DNA of 64,000 nucleotides from Mustelus asterias (Eukaryota). The stretch is taken from positions 248,001 through 312,000 of the forward strand of contig NW_027590357.1 in assembly GCF_964213995.1 (NCBI RefSeq), written 5' to 3'. The position numbers and the translations under genes were made by a program. Below the pieces are notes generated by a model that saw only the letters and a program-made list of their open reading frames with translations, did not search any database and had not been told where the DNA came from. Position 1 is the stretch's first letter. Each line of letters opens with the position of its first letter. Shown piece after piece: positions 22,769 to 36,044 of this stretch.

Positions 22769-23797
22769 TCAGACAGCAGCTGCTGACGATATTCTAAGCT
22801 AGGGTGTCAATAACCACAATTCTCTTTCTGCAAAACCTGTTCCAGAACTGCAGCATGACCGCACCGTTTAGAATTCTATCCAAGTATCTTTGGTTACGTT
22901 GATCCCGCAGCATTTCTGTAGTGTGTTGGTTATTCTCATTTTCCTATGAACGTGTAGGTAAAATGAATCCATGTCTCTTATCACAGGGAGGAATTCAACG
23001 GGAGGGAAGGGAACTGACCACCAGAAGCCCAAGGATCCAATAGTTTCCACTTAATCATCAATAACACCATTCACAGCTGTACCTGTATCCAAATATTGTG
23101 ACCCATTTTCCTCAGGATTTGTTCCAAGAGTTAATATTTTCCTTGTTTTCTCCTCATTTTGAAATGAGATTCGCTTCAATATACAACTCAAATGGAATTG
23201 GAAACCTGACGGACTAATAGTCACTGGGTAACATAAACCCCATGGTGTTCATTTCCAGATTCACAACACTCAGCTTTTCAATCAAATGGAGGAATCTACT
23301 ACTGAAACGTTTTGGAAAGTTGGGTTGAATATTGTTTGTGACTCACTCAGATACTGTTTAAATGATACTCGAAGGTTCAGTGCGCGGGACATAATCCATA
23401 ATGTTTTTCTGAGCTTGTGTTCGGTGTATTGCGAGTTTTGAACGGGGTTGAATCTTGTGTCCCGCTTTCGAATCGGGAATCTTTCGTGTGTTGGGTGAAT
23501 GTGATAATTATTACAAACAGAAATGATGCTCTACAACTCTGCAACAGACTGGGGTGTCGAACCGTGCAGTTTGATTGGACTTCAGAGTTTCTGAAGTGTG
23601 GTGTTTATACATTCACCTAACACATGAAAGGTTTCCTGTCTGAAATAGGAAACGAACTAACTCATCTCTCAGTGTGAGGAAACGTTACCTCATTTTCGTT
23701 TGTTCTTAAATATTGAAAGAAAACATTATCTCTCAGCCTAACTGCAGTTGCACTTCCCAAGTGTGAAATGATATTCCACAAAATGCCCAGTTAATAT

Positions 23798-24062
23798 AAA
23801 GTTTATTTATTAGTCACATGTAAGGCTTACATTAACACTGTTACGAAGACACTGTCAAATTCTCTGGTCGCCAAACTCCCGCACATGTTCGGGTCAATGC
23901 ACCGAACCAGCACGTCTTTCAGGCTGTGAGAAGAAACCGGAGGATCCAAAGGAAACTCATGCAAACACGGGGAGAAAGTGCAAACGTCAAATAGACAGAG
24001 ACCCAAACCGGGAATCGATCTTTAGCACTGTGAGATGGCAGTGTTAACTACTGTGCCACAGT
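23798..24062 (-). mobile_element. HE1-related SINE (alternative tail)
   Basis: Matches 5989-6285. Confidence 0.75.
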
Positions 24063-25059
24063 ACAACTACCCTCCCCGCTACCGCCCCCACACCCCTCCT
24101 AACGCCCCCCTACCCGCCCCGGCCACCCAGACATGGTAAAAGAGAAAAAATGGCACAAATGTCATGTACTGATTCTAATGTTTCATGTCTGCCGCATGAA
24201 AAAGGTTTTTTTTAGCTTAAATGTACTTCCAATAATCAGGTTTTAAAGTTAAATCAGACTGTACTGTTTGACCATCAAGTCGCTTTTATCCTGAGCGGAC
24301 TTTGTGTATTGAAGGGATAATCACATTCTATTCATATTTGCGCAGGTCCCAGGCGCGAAACGGGGCAGAAATGTTGTCAAAACTCACTGCTCTGAAGTTT
24401 CCGAATTGAAGTTTATTCTAATCTTTATGTATACTGTTACAGTCAGATTGCCTGGAAAACGCCAGTGGACATGTTTCAGTTTATTGGAGAGCATGTGCAA
24501 AGGAACACCGACCTCAATGATCGGGTTTCATCTAAATTTGAATAAAAAACGAACAATGCGAGCGAGCTAACGTTCATTAACACACTGATTTCCGACAGCG
24601 CCGTGTATTTCTATGCCATGGAGCCCACACTGCTGCAGAGATATATCGAATGCGGTCCAAAAATCCCACGCTGGCAGTTCCAGTTAGTGCCCAGCAAACA
24701 AGCGCGGCAAATTCAGTTTCCACCGAGTGACGGAATTTCTTCACATTGCAGCAAAAGAAACCACTCAAAAATAGCAACTGGTGTGGTCCAGTTGCACAGC
24801 TGTATTAATTGATGATCGTAACTTATGGCTGTAGAATCATGAAATCATGGAATCCCTCCAGTGCAGAAGGAGGCCATTCAGCCCATCGAGTCTGCGCCGA
24901 CCACAATCCAAACAAGGATTGTTCCCGTAACCCCACATATTTACCTTGATAATCCCCCTTACACTTGGGTTAATTCAGCATGGCCAATCAACCTAATTGA
25001 TATAAGATTGACCAATCGATCTGAGATTTGTTAAGTGGTTTTCCACGCCTTTCTCTGCC

Positions 25060-28000
25060 TACTTCGGGAGGCGGAGGTGGAAGTTGATAGGAGTTATAGA
25101 GAAATAGTAACTCCTAGAAATGAGGCTTGGGTCAATGCCAGGAGGAGGGGTAAGAAGCAATCGGGAAGACAATCCCCTGGGGCGGTTCCCCTCCATAATA
25201 GGTTTTCGGTGCTGGAGGCTACAGTTGAGGAGGAATCAACTGAGCATAGAGAGCAGATCTCTGGGGGTGAGCCGAGTGAGAAAGCTCAGGTGGTTAGGGG
25301 CTGTAAAAGACTGGGCCTTGTGATTGGGGACTCCACAATTAAGGGGACAGATAGGAGGGTCGGAACTAAAGGTAGGGACTCAGGGTTGGTGTGTTGCCTA
25401 CCAGGGGCTGGGGTCCGGGATGTGTCTGACAGGGTATTCAGGACTCTTAGGGGGGAGGGAGATAAACCACAAGTTATTGTACATGCGGGGACACACGACA
25501 TAGGGAGGATAGGGGAAGGGGATATTAGGCAGGGATTTATGGAGTTGGGGTGGAAACTAAAGGCCAAGACTGACAGAGTGGTTATCTCTGGACTCTTGCC
25601 TGTACCACGGGATAGTTTAGAGAGGAATAGGGAGAGGGAAGGTTTGAATTCATGGCTGAGGGGATGGTGCAGGAGGGAGGGGTTCAGGTACTTAAGCAAT
25701 TGGGGCTCGTACTGGGGAAGGTGTGACCTCTATGAGAAGGATGGTCTACACCTTAATCAGAAGGGGACCAATATCCTGGGGGGTAAATTTGCTAAGGCCA
25801 TGCAGGGAGGTTTAAACTGATTCGGGGGGGGGGAGGGATCCTGAGTAGTGGGGCTGAAAGTGAGGGATGCATGGATGGGGACTGCAATGCACGGCATTGC
25901 AGAGGTGGGGTGGAGCAGGGTTTGAAATGTGTATACTTCAATGCCAGGAGTATTCGCAATAAAGTGGGTGAACTTGCAGCGTGGATCAGTACCTGGGACT
26001 TCGATGTTGTGGCTATTTCAGAGACATGGATAGAGCAGGGGCAGGAATGGATGCTGCAGGTCCCGGGGTTCAAATGTTTTAGTCGAAGTAGGGAAGGAGG
26101 TAGAAGAGGGGGAGGGGTAGCATTATTGGTCAGAGATTGTATCACAGTGTCAGAGAGGAGGTTTGATGAGGACTTATCTGTTGAGGTAGTATGGGCGGAG
26201 ATTAGAAATAGGAGAGGAGAGGTCACCCTGTTGGGAGTCTTTTATAGACCTCCTAAAAGTTCTAGAGAGGTTGAGGAAAGGATTGCGGAGTCAATCCTGC
26301 TTAGGAGTGAAAGTAATAGGGCAATTGTTATGGGGGATTTTAACTTGACTAATATTGACTGGAATTGTTATAGCTCTAGCTCGTTAGAGGGGTCAGTTTT
26401 TGTTCAAAGCGTGCAGGAAGGTTTTTTGACTCAGTATGTAGACAGGCCAACTAGAGGTGAGGCTATATTGGATCTGGTGCTGGGAAATGAGCCAGACCAG
26501 GTGCTAGACTTGGAAGTTGGTGTGCATTTTGGTGATAGTGACCACAATTCGGTTACGTTCACCTTAGTGATGGAAAGGGATAGGCATGAACCTCGGGCCA
26601 GTGGTTTTAGCTGGGGGAAGGGTAATTATGAGGCTATTAGGAGAGAATTAGGAAACATAGGTTGGACTAGGAGATTACAGGGACTGGGAACGTCCGACAT
26701 GTGGAGTTTTTTCAAGGAGCAGCTACTGCGAGTCTGTGATAGGTATGTCCCTGTCAGGCAAGGAGGAATTGGTAGGGCTAGGGAACCGTGGTGCACCAAA
26801 AAAGTTTCTTTGTTGGTTAAAAAGAAAAAGGAGGCTTATGTTCGGATGAGACGTGAGCACTCGGGTAGTGCACTAGAAAGCTTTAGATTGGCTAAGAGGG
26901 AGTTGAAGAGCGAGCTTAGAAGGGCTAAAAGGGGACATGAGAAGACTTTGGCGGATAGGGTTAAAGTGAATCCTAAGGCGTTCTATAGGTATGTCAAGAA
27001 CAGAAGGTTGGTTAGGGCAAGTTTAGGGCCAGTTATAGATGGCAGAGGGAAGTTATGTGTGGAACCGGAGGAGATTGGTGAAGCATTGAACCAATATTTC
27101 TCTTCGGTGTTCACGCAAGGGGACATGAATATAGCTGAGGAGGACACTGGGTTGCAAGGGAGTAGAATAGACAGTATTACAGTTGATAAGGAGGATGTGC
27201 AGGATATTCTGGAGGGTCTGAAAATAGATAAATCCCCTGGTCCGGATGGGATTTATCCAAGGATTCTCTGGGAGGCAAGAGAAGTGATTGCAGAGCCTCT
27301 GGCTCTGATCTTCAGGTCGTCGTTGGCCTCTGGTATAGTACCAGAAGATTGGAGGTTAGCGAATGTTGTCCCATTGTTTAAGAAGGGGAACAGAGACTTC
27401 CCCGGGAATTATAGACCGGTGAGTCTCACTTCTGTTGTCGGCAAGATGTTGGAAAAAATTATAAGGGATAGGATTTATAGTTATTTGGAGAGTAATGAAT
27501 TGATAGGTGATAGTCAGCATGGTTTTGTGGCAGGTAGGTCGTGCCTTACTAACCTTATTGAGTTTTTTGAGAAAGTGACCAAGGAGGTGGATGGGGGCAA
27601 GGCAGTGGACGTGGTATATATGGATTTTAGTAAGGCGTTTGATAAGGTTCACCATGGTAGGCTTCTGCAGAAAATGTAGATGTATGGGATTGGGGGTGAT
27701 CTAGGAAATTGGATCAGGAATTGGCTAGCGGATAGGAAACAGAGGGTGGTGGTTGATAGTAAATATTCATCATGGAGTGCAGTTACAAGTGGTGTACCTC
27801 AGGGATCTGTTTTGGGGCCACTGCTGTTTGTAATATTTATTAATGATCTGGATGAGGGTATAGTTGGGTGGATTAGCAAATTTGCTGATGACACCAAAGT
27901 CGGTGGTGTGGTAGACAGTGAGGAAGGGTGTCGTAGTTTGCAGGAAGACTTAGACAGGTTGCAAAGTTGGGCCGAGAGGTGGCGGATGGAGTTTAATGCG

Positions 28001-28783
28001 GAGAAGTGTGAGGTAATTCACTTTGGTAGGAATAACAGATGTGTTGAGTATAGGGCTAACGGGAGGACTTTGAATAGTGTGGAGGAGCAGAGGGATCTAG
28101 GTGTATGTGTGCATAGATCCCTGAAAGTTGGGAATCAAGTAGATAAGGTTGTTAAGAAGGCATATGGTGTCTTGGCGTTTATTGGTAGGGGGATTGAATT
28201 TAGGAGTCGTAGCGTTATGTTGCAACTGTACACAACTCTGGTGCGGCCGCACTTGGAGTACTGTGTGCAGTTCTGGTCCCCACATTACAGGAAGGATGTG
28301 GAGGCTTTGGAGAGGGTGCAGAGGAGGTTTACCAGGATGTTGCCTGGTATGGAGGGGAGATCCTATGAGGAGAGGCTGAGGGATTTGGGATTGTTTTCGC
28401 TGGAAAGGCGGCGGCTAAGAGGGGATCTTATTGAAACATATAAGATGATTAGAGGTTTAGATAGGGTGGATAGTGATAGCCTTTTTCCTCTGATGGAGAA
28501 ATCCAGCACGAGGGGGCATGGCTTTAAATTGAGGGGGGGTAGTTATAGAACCGATGTCAGGGGTAGGTTCTTTACCCAGAGGGTGGTGAGGGATTGGAAT
28601 GCCCTGCCAGCATCAGTAGTAAATGCGCCTAGTTTGGGGGCGTTTAAGAGATCCGTAGATAGGTTCATGGACGAAAAGAAATTGGTTTAGGTTGGAGGGT
28701 CACAGTTTTTTTTTTAACTGGTCGGTGCAACATCGTGGGCCGAAGGGCCTGTTCTGCGCTGTAATGTTCTATGTTCTATGTTC
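25060..28783 (+). mobile_element. Near full-length CR1 LINE: ORF1 C-terminal SGNH esterase plus ORF2 APE-RT with one in-frame stop (27677-27679)
   Basis: ORF1 has LVIGDS, GTHDIG and DGLHLN; ORF2 has YFNARS, ISETW, MGDFN, DSDH, GVPQGSVLGP and FADDT; (GTTCTAT)n tail. Confidence 0.96.
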
Positions 28784-29452
28784 AACAGGTATGTTTTACT
28801 GTCTCCAAAATTCTCCAAAAACCAGTCCAAAGTGATTCTTCACTCCCCGAGGGTTTATTTCCTTTTCCAGTCTGGCAACCTTTAATCCCAGAACTATCTT
28901 TCACAGTGATGGTTCTCCTGGACATTTTCCCACTAACACAAGCAAGGCGAATCTTCCAGCCTTGTTTCACAATTCTCAGGAATTTGTGACTAACATTCGA
29001 CATCGGAGCAGAAGTTGGCCATTTGGCCCTTTGAGTCTGCTCCAACATTTATTTTGATCATGGCTGATCTTTTTGTGTTAAGTTCCTCATATTCTAGTTC
29101 TACACCCGATATTTTTGATTCCCTTACCCAACAAGAATTGGTATGAAAGCAAAATTCTGCTGTTGCGGGAATCTGAAACAAAAACAGAAAATGCTGGACA
29201 ATCTCAGCAAGTCTGACAACATCTGCAGAGAGATAATAGAGACAACATTTCAAGTCAGGATGACCCTTTGTCAGAGCTGAAGACAAGGAAAGTCGGACAA
29301 AATTCATATTGTAAGAGTCAAGAATTGGGAAGCAATCTATTAAACCTCCTCTGAACCACTTTCAATGCATTTGTATCATTTCTTAAATAGGAGACGAAGC
29401 TGCACCCAGTATTCAAGATGCAGTCTCAGCAACGCCCTATATAACTGAACTA

Positions 29453-29975
29453 CGATGTGGAGATGCCGGCGTTGGACTGGGGTAAACACAGTAAGAAGTT
29501 TAACAACACCAGGTTAAAGTCCAACAGGTTTATTTGGTAGCAAAAGCCACACAAGCTTTCGGAGCTCCAAGCCCCTTCTTCAGGTGAGTGGAAATTCTGT
29601 TCACAAACAGAGCATATAAAGACACAGACTCAATTTACAGAATAATGGTCGGAATGCGAATACTTACAACTAATCAAGTCTTTAAGAAACAAAACAATGT
29701 GAGTGGAGAGAGCATCAAAACAGGCTAAAAAGATGTGTATTGTCTCCAGACAAGACAGCCAGTGAAACTCTGTGGGGGTTACAAATAGTGTGACATGAAC
29801 CCAATATCCCGGTTGAGGCCATCCTCGTGTGTGCGGAACTTGGCTATCAGTTTCTGCTCAGCGACTCTGCGCCGTCGTGTGTCGCGAAGGCCGCCTTGGA
29901 GAACGCTTACCCGAATATCAGAGGCCGAATGCCCGTGACCGCTGAAGTGCTCCCCAACAGGAAGAGAACAGTCGG
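29453..29975 (-). mobile_element. Penelope-like 3' end with terminal repeat and hammerhead motif (29550-29586)
   Basis: ORF 29779-30039 GEHFSGHGH...GLNRD; homologous to 10700-11224. Confidence 0.88.
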
Positions 29976-30847
29976 CTGAAAGGGTTAACTTTTCTACAGA
30001 ACCTAAAGGGGCGGGGAGTGAGCAGAAAAAACTTGGCACACAATTACATCACTTTACACAAGTTTAAAACAAAACAAATGATTTTAAACTTCATCTATTA
30101 ATTTTTTTTGTTATATTCCTCAACCTATTTAATTTGATCAGTTTTTGTTGGGGATGGGTAACTTCTGTTCTTTATAAACTGATTCACTCGTTTTGTTTAT
30201 TCTACATGGGCTCGGAGAATCAGAACCCAGACTTTATCATCCTTATCCTTTTTCTCCCTTTGCCACCACTCCCTCTGTTTTGCGGGAGGATCGTGGGGAT
30301 TCCAATCAGACCGAATCATTTTATCATAAAAGTAAAATACTGCGGATGCTGGAATCTGAAACAAAAAGAGAAAATGCTGGAAAATCTCAGCAGGTCTGAC
30401 AGCATCTGTGGAGAGAGAATAGAGCCAATGTTTCGAATCTGGATGACCCTTTATAAGAGCTCTCGAAAGGTTGGCTCTATTCTCTCATAATTTTAATCGA
30501 TAAGTTTCTTGTTCTTAGTTTCCAAATGGCAGGTAAGACCTGTCCGGTCCCCACTCTGATTTTTCACTGGCCATGCTTGGGTAAGATTATAACCATTAGA
30601 ATCTACTCTCAGAGATCTGCTTTTCAGTCCAGTGCTACTTGGAGTATACCGTCACTTCACCAACTATCAGGTCACAAGTCCCTCACAGTTCTTATCACAA
30701 ATTTATGATAAAATAATTTAAACATGCCTGAGAACACTTCTTAACTTCTTAGTCAGCTACCTACCCCCGTTTGTTGATTAGTCAGACCCCATTTTTACAG
30801 ATTCCAGGTTTCTCAGCCGCTGAACACCAGCTGTTCCTGCAATAATC

Positions 30848-31170
30848 TCATAGAATCTCTACAGTGCAGAAGGAGGCCATTCGGCCCATCAAGTCTGCAC
30901 CAACCACAATCCCACCAACGCTATCTCCATTACCCCATTCATTTACGCTAGCTAGTCCCCCTGACACAAAGGGGCAATTTAGCATGGCCAATCCACCTAA
31001 CCTGCACTTCTTTGTACTGTGCGAGGAAACCGGAGCACCCGGAGGAAACCTACACAGACACTTGAAGAATGTGCAAACTCTACACAGACAGTGACCCAAG
31101 GTGGGAATCAAACCCGGGTCCCTGGTGCTGTGAGCCAGCAGTGCTAACGACTGTACCACCGTGCCGCCCC
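30848..31170 (-). mobile_element. HE1-type SINE
   Basis: Family sequence. Confidence 0.85.
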
Positions 31171-32211
31171 AGTTTAATTTCAGCTCATTCTGAGTAAATA
31201 TTCTCACCAGGTCCTCTGTTGGAGCCCTGCGAAGCAGCTTTAATAGTCCGTGATTGCAGAAACTGAGCAGTCACAGGAATGTGGTCAAGATAGTCCAGTC
31301 CCACAATGCCTCACATTCAATCTGCTGTCCTTCAATTATAACAGAATATGTGGCTGTATGTAGCTGCCTCGGCCGTGGTCAACCCCAACACTGCCTTCCT
31401 GAACTGCTACAATGCCTGAGGTGTAAGTACACCCACAGTGCTGTTAGGGAGGGATTTCCAGCTACACATTCCAGACTTTCACTGGACTGTAGGTGGATAT
31501 CAGATTGATATATTCCATTCAACCACTCCCAAGGTGAGTTATTCCAATTCCTTTATTGTCCAGGACAATATATTCTCAATATCTTTAAAACAGAAATTAA
31601 ACATTCCCATTTGATTTCAGGTATTAACATATTCTGTTCGATTGATCTTTATTGTCAATGTCAGGCTGGGGTTGTTCCCCTTGGAGCAAAGGAGGTTGAA
31701 GGGAGATTTGGTAGAGGTGGACAAGATTCTGACAGGTTTAGATAAGGTGGACCAAGAAAAGCTGTTCCCATTCGCTGAAGGGACAAGGATGAGGAGGTCA
31801 CAGATTTATGGTTTTGGGTCAGAGATGCCGGAGGGGATGTGAGGAAGAATATTTTGATGCAGCGAATGGTAATGATCTGGAACTCGCTGCCTACGAGGGT
31901 GGAGGAAGTGGAGACAATAAACAATTACAAAGGAAATTGGATGGGCATTTGAGAGGGTTTCAAACAAAAATAGTGACTCTAAATCTCCCAACACCCTGTC
32001 ACTCTGTGATCCGTGTGAAATCTGAAACCGGGGGTATTCGCAACAAGACTCAAAGAGCATCAGTCCACTGGAGGCAAAGTCATGAGACCGGGCAGTCCAG
32101 CAGAAAGAAACCCTCCGTCCCTCCCCAAAGACCAACTGTGAGAATGAACAAAATGCAGTCCTGGATGTAATTGAGAGCAGAAACAATAACAGCAGAATCC
32201 AACCCCTGGAA

Positions 32212-33558
32212 TCACTCGTGAACTTGCTGGTGTCTCCGCAGCCGGGATGAAAGACTGAATCTTTTCTCACACACAGAGCAGCTGAATGGTCTCTCCCAAG
32301 TGTGAACTCGCTGGTGTATCCGCAGGTGGGAGGACCGAGTGAATCCCTTCCCACATTGAGAGCAGGTGAACGGCCTCTCCCCAGTGTGAACTCGCTGGTG
32401 TCTCAGCAGCCTGGATGAATCACAGAATCCCTTCCCACACTGACAGCAGGTGAATGGCCTCTCCCCAGTGTGAACTCGTTGGTGTATCTGCAGGCTGGAT
32501 AATCGAGTAAATCCCTTCCCACACTGAGGGCAGGTGAACGGTCTCTCCCCAGTGTGAACTCGCTGGTGTGTCAGCAAGCTGGATGACTGAGTGAATCCCT
32601 TCCCACACTGAGAGCAGGTGAATGGCCTCTCCCCAGTGTGAACTCGCTGATGTATCTGCAGCTGGGATGACTGAGTGAATCCCTCCCCACATTGAGAGCA
32701 GGTGAATGGTCTCTCCCCAGTGTGAACTCGCTGGTGTATCTGCAGGTGGGATGACTGAGTGAATCCCTTCCCACACTGAGAGCAGGTGAATGGCCTCTCC
32801 CCAGTGTGAACTCGCTGGTGTCTCCGCAGGTGGGATGACAGAGTGAATCCCTTCCCACACTGAGAGCAGGTGAATGGCCTCTCTCCAGTGTGAACTCGCT
32901 GGTGTGCCCGCAGGTTGAATGACTGAGTGAATCCCTTCCCACACTGAGGGCAGGTGAATGGCCTCTCCCCAGTGTGAACTCGCTGGTGTGTCCGCAGGTT
33001 GGATAATCGGGTAAATCCCTTGCCACACTGAGAGCAGGTGAACGGTCTCTCCCCAGTGTGAACTCGCTGGTGTGCCTGCAGGCTGGATGACTGAGTGAAT
33101 CCCTTCCCACACTGAGAGCAGGTGAATGGCCTCTCCCCAGTGTGAACTTGCTGATGTATCTGCAGCTGGGATGACTGAGTGAATCCCTCCCCACATTGAG
33201 AGCAGGTGAATGGCCTCTCCCCAGTGTGAACTCGCTGGTGTATCTGCAGGTGGGATGACTGAGTGAATCCCTCCCCACATTGAGAGCAGGTGAATGGCCT
33301 CTCCCCAGTGTGAACTCGCTGGTGTCTCCGCAGGTGGGATGAGTGAGTGAATCCCTTCCCACACTGAGAGCAGGTGAACGGTCTCTCTCCAGTGTGAACT
33401 CGCTGGTGTGACTGCAGGTTGAATGACCGAGTGAATCCCTTCCCACACTGAGAGCAGGTGAATGGCCTCTCCCCAATGTGGCTGCGCTGATGAGCTTCCA
33501 GCAGAGATGGGGCTCTGTACCTCTTCCCACAGTCCCCACATTTCGACGGTTTCTCCAT
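32212..33558 (-). CDS. Tandem C2H2 zinc-finger protein, 16 fingers (ZNF-A)
   Basis: ATG of MEKPSKC at 33558; 16 CxxC-x12-HxxxH units joined by TGERPF-type linkers; no KRAB or SCAN domain visible. Confidence 0.88.
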   Translation of the reverse strand: MEKPSKCGDCGKRYRAPSLLEAHQRSHIGERPFTCSQCGKGFTRSFNLQSHQRVHTGERPFTCSQCGKGFTHSSHLRRHQRVHTGERPFTCSQCGEGFTQSSHLQIHQRVHTGERPFTCSQCGEGFTQSSQLQIHQQVHTGERPFTCSQCGKGFTQSSSLQAHQRVHTGERPFTCSQCGKGFTRLSNLRTHQRVHTGERPFTCPQCGKGFTQSFNLRAHQRVHTGERPFTCSQCGKGFTLSSHLRRHQRVHTGERPFTCSQCGKGFTQSSHLQIHQRVHTGERPFTCSQCGEGFTQSSQLQIHQRVHTGERPFTCSQCGKGFTQSSSLLTHQRVHTGERPFTCPQCGKGFTRLSSLQIHQRVHTGERPFTCCQCGKGFCDSSRLLRHQRVHTGERPFTCSQCGKGFTRSSHLRIHQRVHTWERPFSCSVCEKRFSLSSRLRRHQQVHE

Positions 33559-35230
33559 GGTGTAGGTGTCCTTGCTGCTCTCTTTGGTGGACAATCAGTT
33601 GAAGCCTCGTCCACACACACAACACGTGTACAGTCTCTCCCCGCTGTGAATGGTGTGATATTTATTCAGGCTGTGTGACTGGTTAAAGCTCTTTAGTCAG
33701 TGCACTGGAAGACTCTCACTCAAGTGTGGCCGTGTGTTGGTGCTTTTCCAGTCACACTGATGTTTGAAATCTTTTCAAATCAACAGACTGTACAATCATT
33801 TCTCCTTCTAGATTCAAAGTCCGATGATATTCAGCTCCCAAGGAATATGACTCTGTCAGATCTCGACGTGATGTTTGAGATTTCGGCCTGTGATTCCTCT
33901 TTCAATATCCTATAAAACGAGTTTACAAAAGTCATCAGTGTCAGTACAGGATAGAAATTCAGAACAGACAATTCTATTTTCTATGGAACATTCTTTCCTC
34001 TCTCATTCCCCAAAAAGCTGTGAATCTCCATCCCACACACTCTCCCTCCATTCTCACTCTGCTGTATCTAATATTCACCCACCCAATTCTCCTGAAGGTG
34101 CTGATTGAGGCTGATTGACAGATCCATGCTCACTGCTTCCTGTCCTGGACACAGAGACCAGAACAAATAGGAGCTGCAGTCGGCCATTTGGCTCATCGAG
34201 TCTTTTAAACTATTCAATGAGATAATTCGTTCATCTACCTCAGCATCATTCTCCCCACACTAAACCCATATCCCTTGATATCTTCAATATCTAGAAATCA
34301 ATCAATCTCTCTCTTGAAAATAGTTGATGACTGAGGCTTCACTGTCCTCAGGGGTTGAGAATTCCAAAGCTTTCCCACATCCTTGAGTGAAGAAATCCCC
34401 CCACATCTTAGCTTTTGCTCCATCTTCTTGTCTGTTCCCCATAACCCTTGACACCATTGTCAGTCAAAGATCTGTCTAACTGGAATATATTCAATGATCC
34501 TCAGCCTCCACTGGTCCCTGTGGAAGAGAAATCCAAAAGACTAACAACCCTCTGAGGGAAGAGATGTCTGGAAATATATAACGTAGCTACAGTTCTATAT
34601 TACAAGATATTCAGATCCCAAGGAATATGACTCTTTCTCGATGTGACGGTTGAGATTTTTGCCTGTGATTCCTCATTCAAAATCCTGTGAAATGAGTTTG
34701 CAAAAGTCATCACAGTCAGTATAGGATAGAAATTCAGAGCAGACAATTCTAGTTTCTATGGAATGTTGTTTCCTATTTCATTCCCAAAATGTTGTAACTC
34801 TCCATCCATATCTATGGATTCTATTTAAAAATGAAAGTGGATGGGCACTTGAAGGAAATAAACTTTCAGGAGAATGGGGATATCGAGTGGGAATGGGACT
34901 GGAATGTTATCCAGAGAGTCAGCATGGACTTGAGTTACCGAATGGATTCCTTCTGTGCTGTAATGACTTTATGACTGGAAATGTATAACATCGCTGCAGC
35001 ATTATATTATAATGCAAGAAATAATAAATGTATTTTACTACAGAAACATAAATAATATATCTAATCTGGGTACCTTATAATAACACTCGACATATCTCTG
35101 TCCTATATTAATTTACTGTCCCCTTAAATGTCAGCCATCTCCTGGGGAAAGCTGCCCTTTAATGTGAACATGAGGAAAAAGACCATCCTTTTCGACAGAC
35201 AAATAAATGTGTCAAGCTGAGGGAGCAAAG

Positions 35231-35713
35231 GATGTTCACCAGGCTGATTCAGGGAATCGCGGGACTGATGTATGAGGAGAGACTGACTGGGTTAGAATTG
35301 TTTTCATTGGAGTTCAGATGAATGAGGGGGGAATCTCAAAGAGACTTATAAAATTCTAAGGGTCGAGACAGGATAGATGCAGGGAGGATGTTCCCGATGG
35401 AGTCCAGAACCGGGGGTCACAGTCTGAGGATTCAGGGCAGACCATTTAGGACGGATTTGAGGAGACATTTCTTCACCCAAAGAATAGTGACCCTGTGGAA
35501 TTTATTACCACAGGAAGTGTTTGATGCCAAAACATTGAATGTATTCAAGAGGCGGCTGGATAAAGCACTTGGAGCGAATGGGATCAAAGGTTATGGGGCA
35601 AAAGCAGGATTAGGCTATTGAGTTGGATGATTAGCCATGATTGTAATGAATGGCGGAGCAGGCTCGAAGGGCAAATGGCCTCCTCCTGCTCCTATCTTCT
35701 ATGTTTCTATCTC
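35231..35713 (+). mobile_element. CR1 3' fragment inside the ZNF-A upstream/intron region
   Basis: FFTQRIVTLWN...GIKGYG; absent from the paralogous inverted copy near 36990. Confidence 0.8.
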
Positions 35714-35939
35714 AATGTCTTTAAGAGAGAGAGAGACCTGGGCCAACCTTTCCAGAGTCTGCACCCTCCCTGGATTCACTTCCTTTCCCTTCAGTTGCTG
35801 CAAGTCCCCAATTTCCCCCAGAATGAGAAAAGAAATGGAAAGGGGGAGAAAAGAAAGTGTTTTACTCACAGATGTTGGCCTCTTTAAAGGAATGCAGTGC
35901 CAATTTGCAGATAGCACAGAAAGCCAGCAAAGGGGCCCT

Positions 35940-35984
35940 GCTGAAACCCGGGATTGAACCAGGGATCTTTCGATCTTCAGTCTT
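35940..35984 (-). pseudogene. tRNA-Phe(GAA) 3' half
   Basis: Minus strand AGACTGAAGATCGAAAGATCCCTGGTTCAATCCCGGGTTTCAGCA. Confidence 0.7.
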
Positions 35985-36044
35985 AATTGCTTGCACTTAA
36001 TTGAAACAGGAGGAAGTTTGAATCTGCCTGAAGCTCAATCGTCA

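Noticed and set aside
32420-33625. Long 401-aa and 349-aa ORFs overlapping ZNF-A (and similar ones over other ZNF genes)
   Set aside because: They are shadow frames of an 84-bp repeat that happens to lack stop codons; there is no independent sign of coding.
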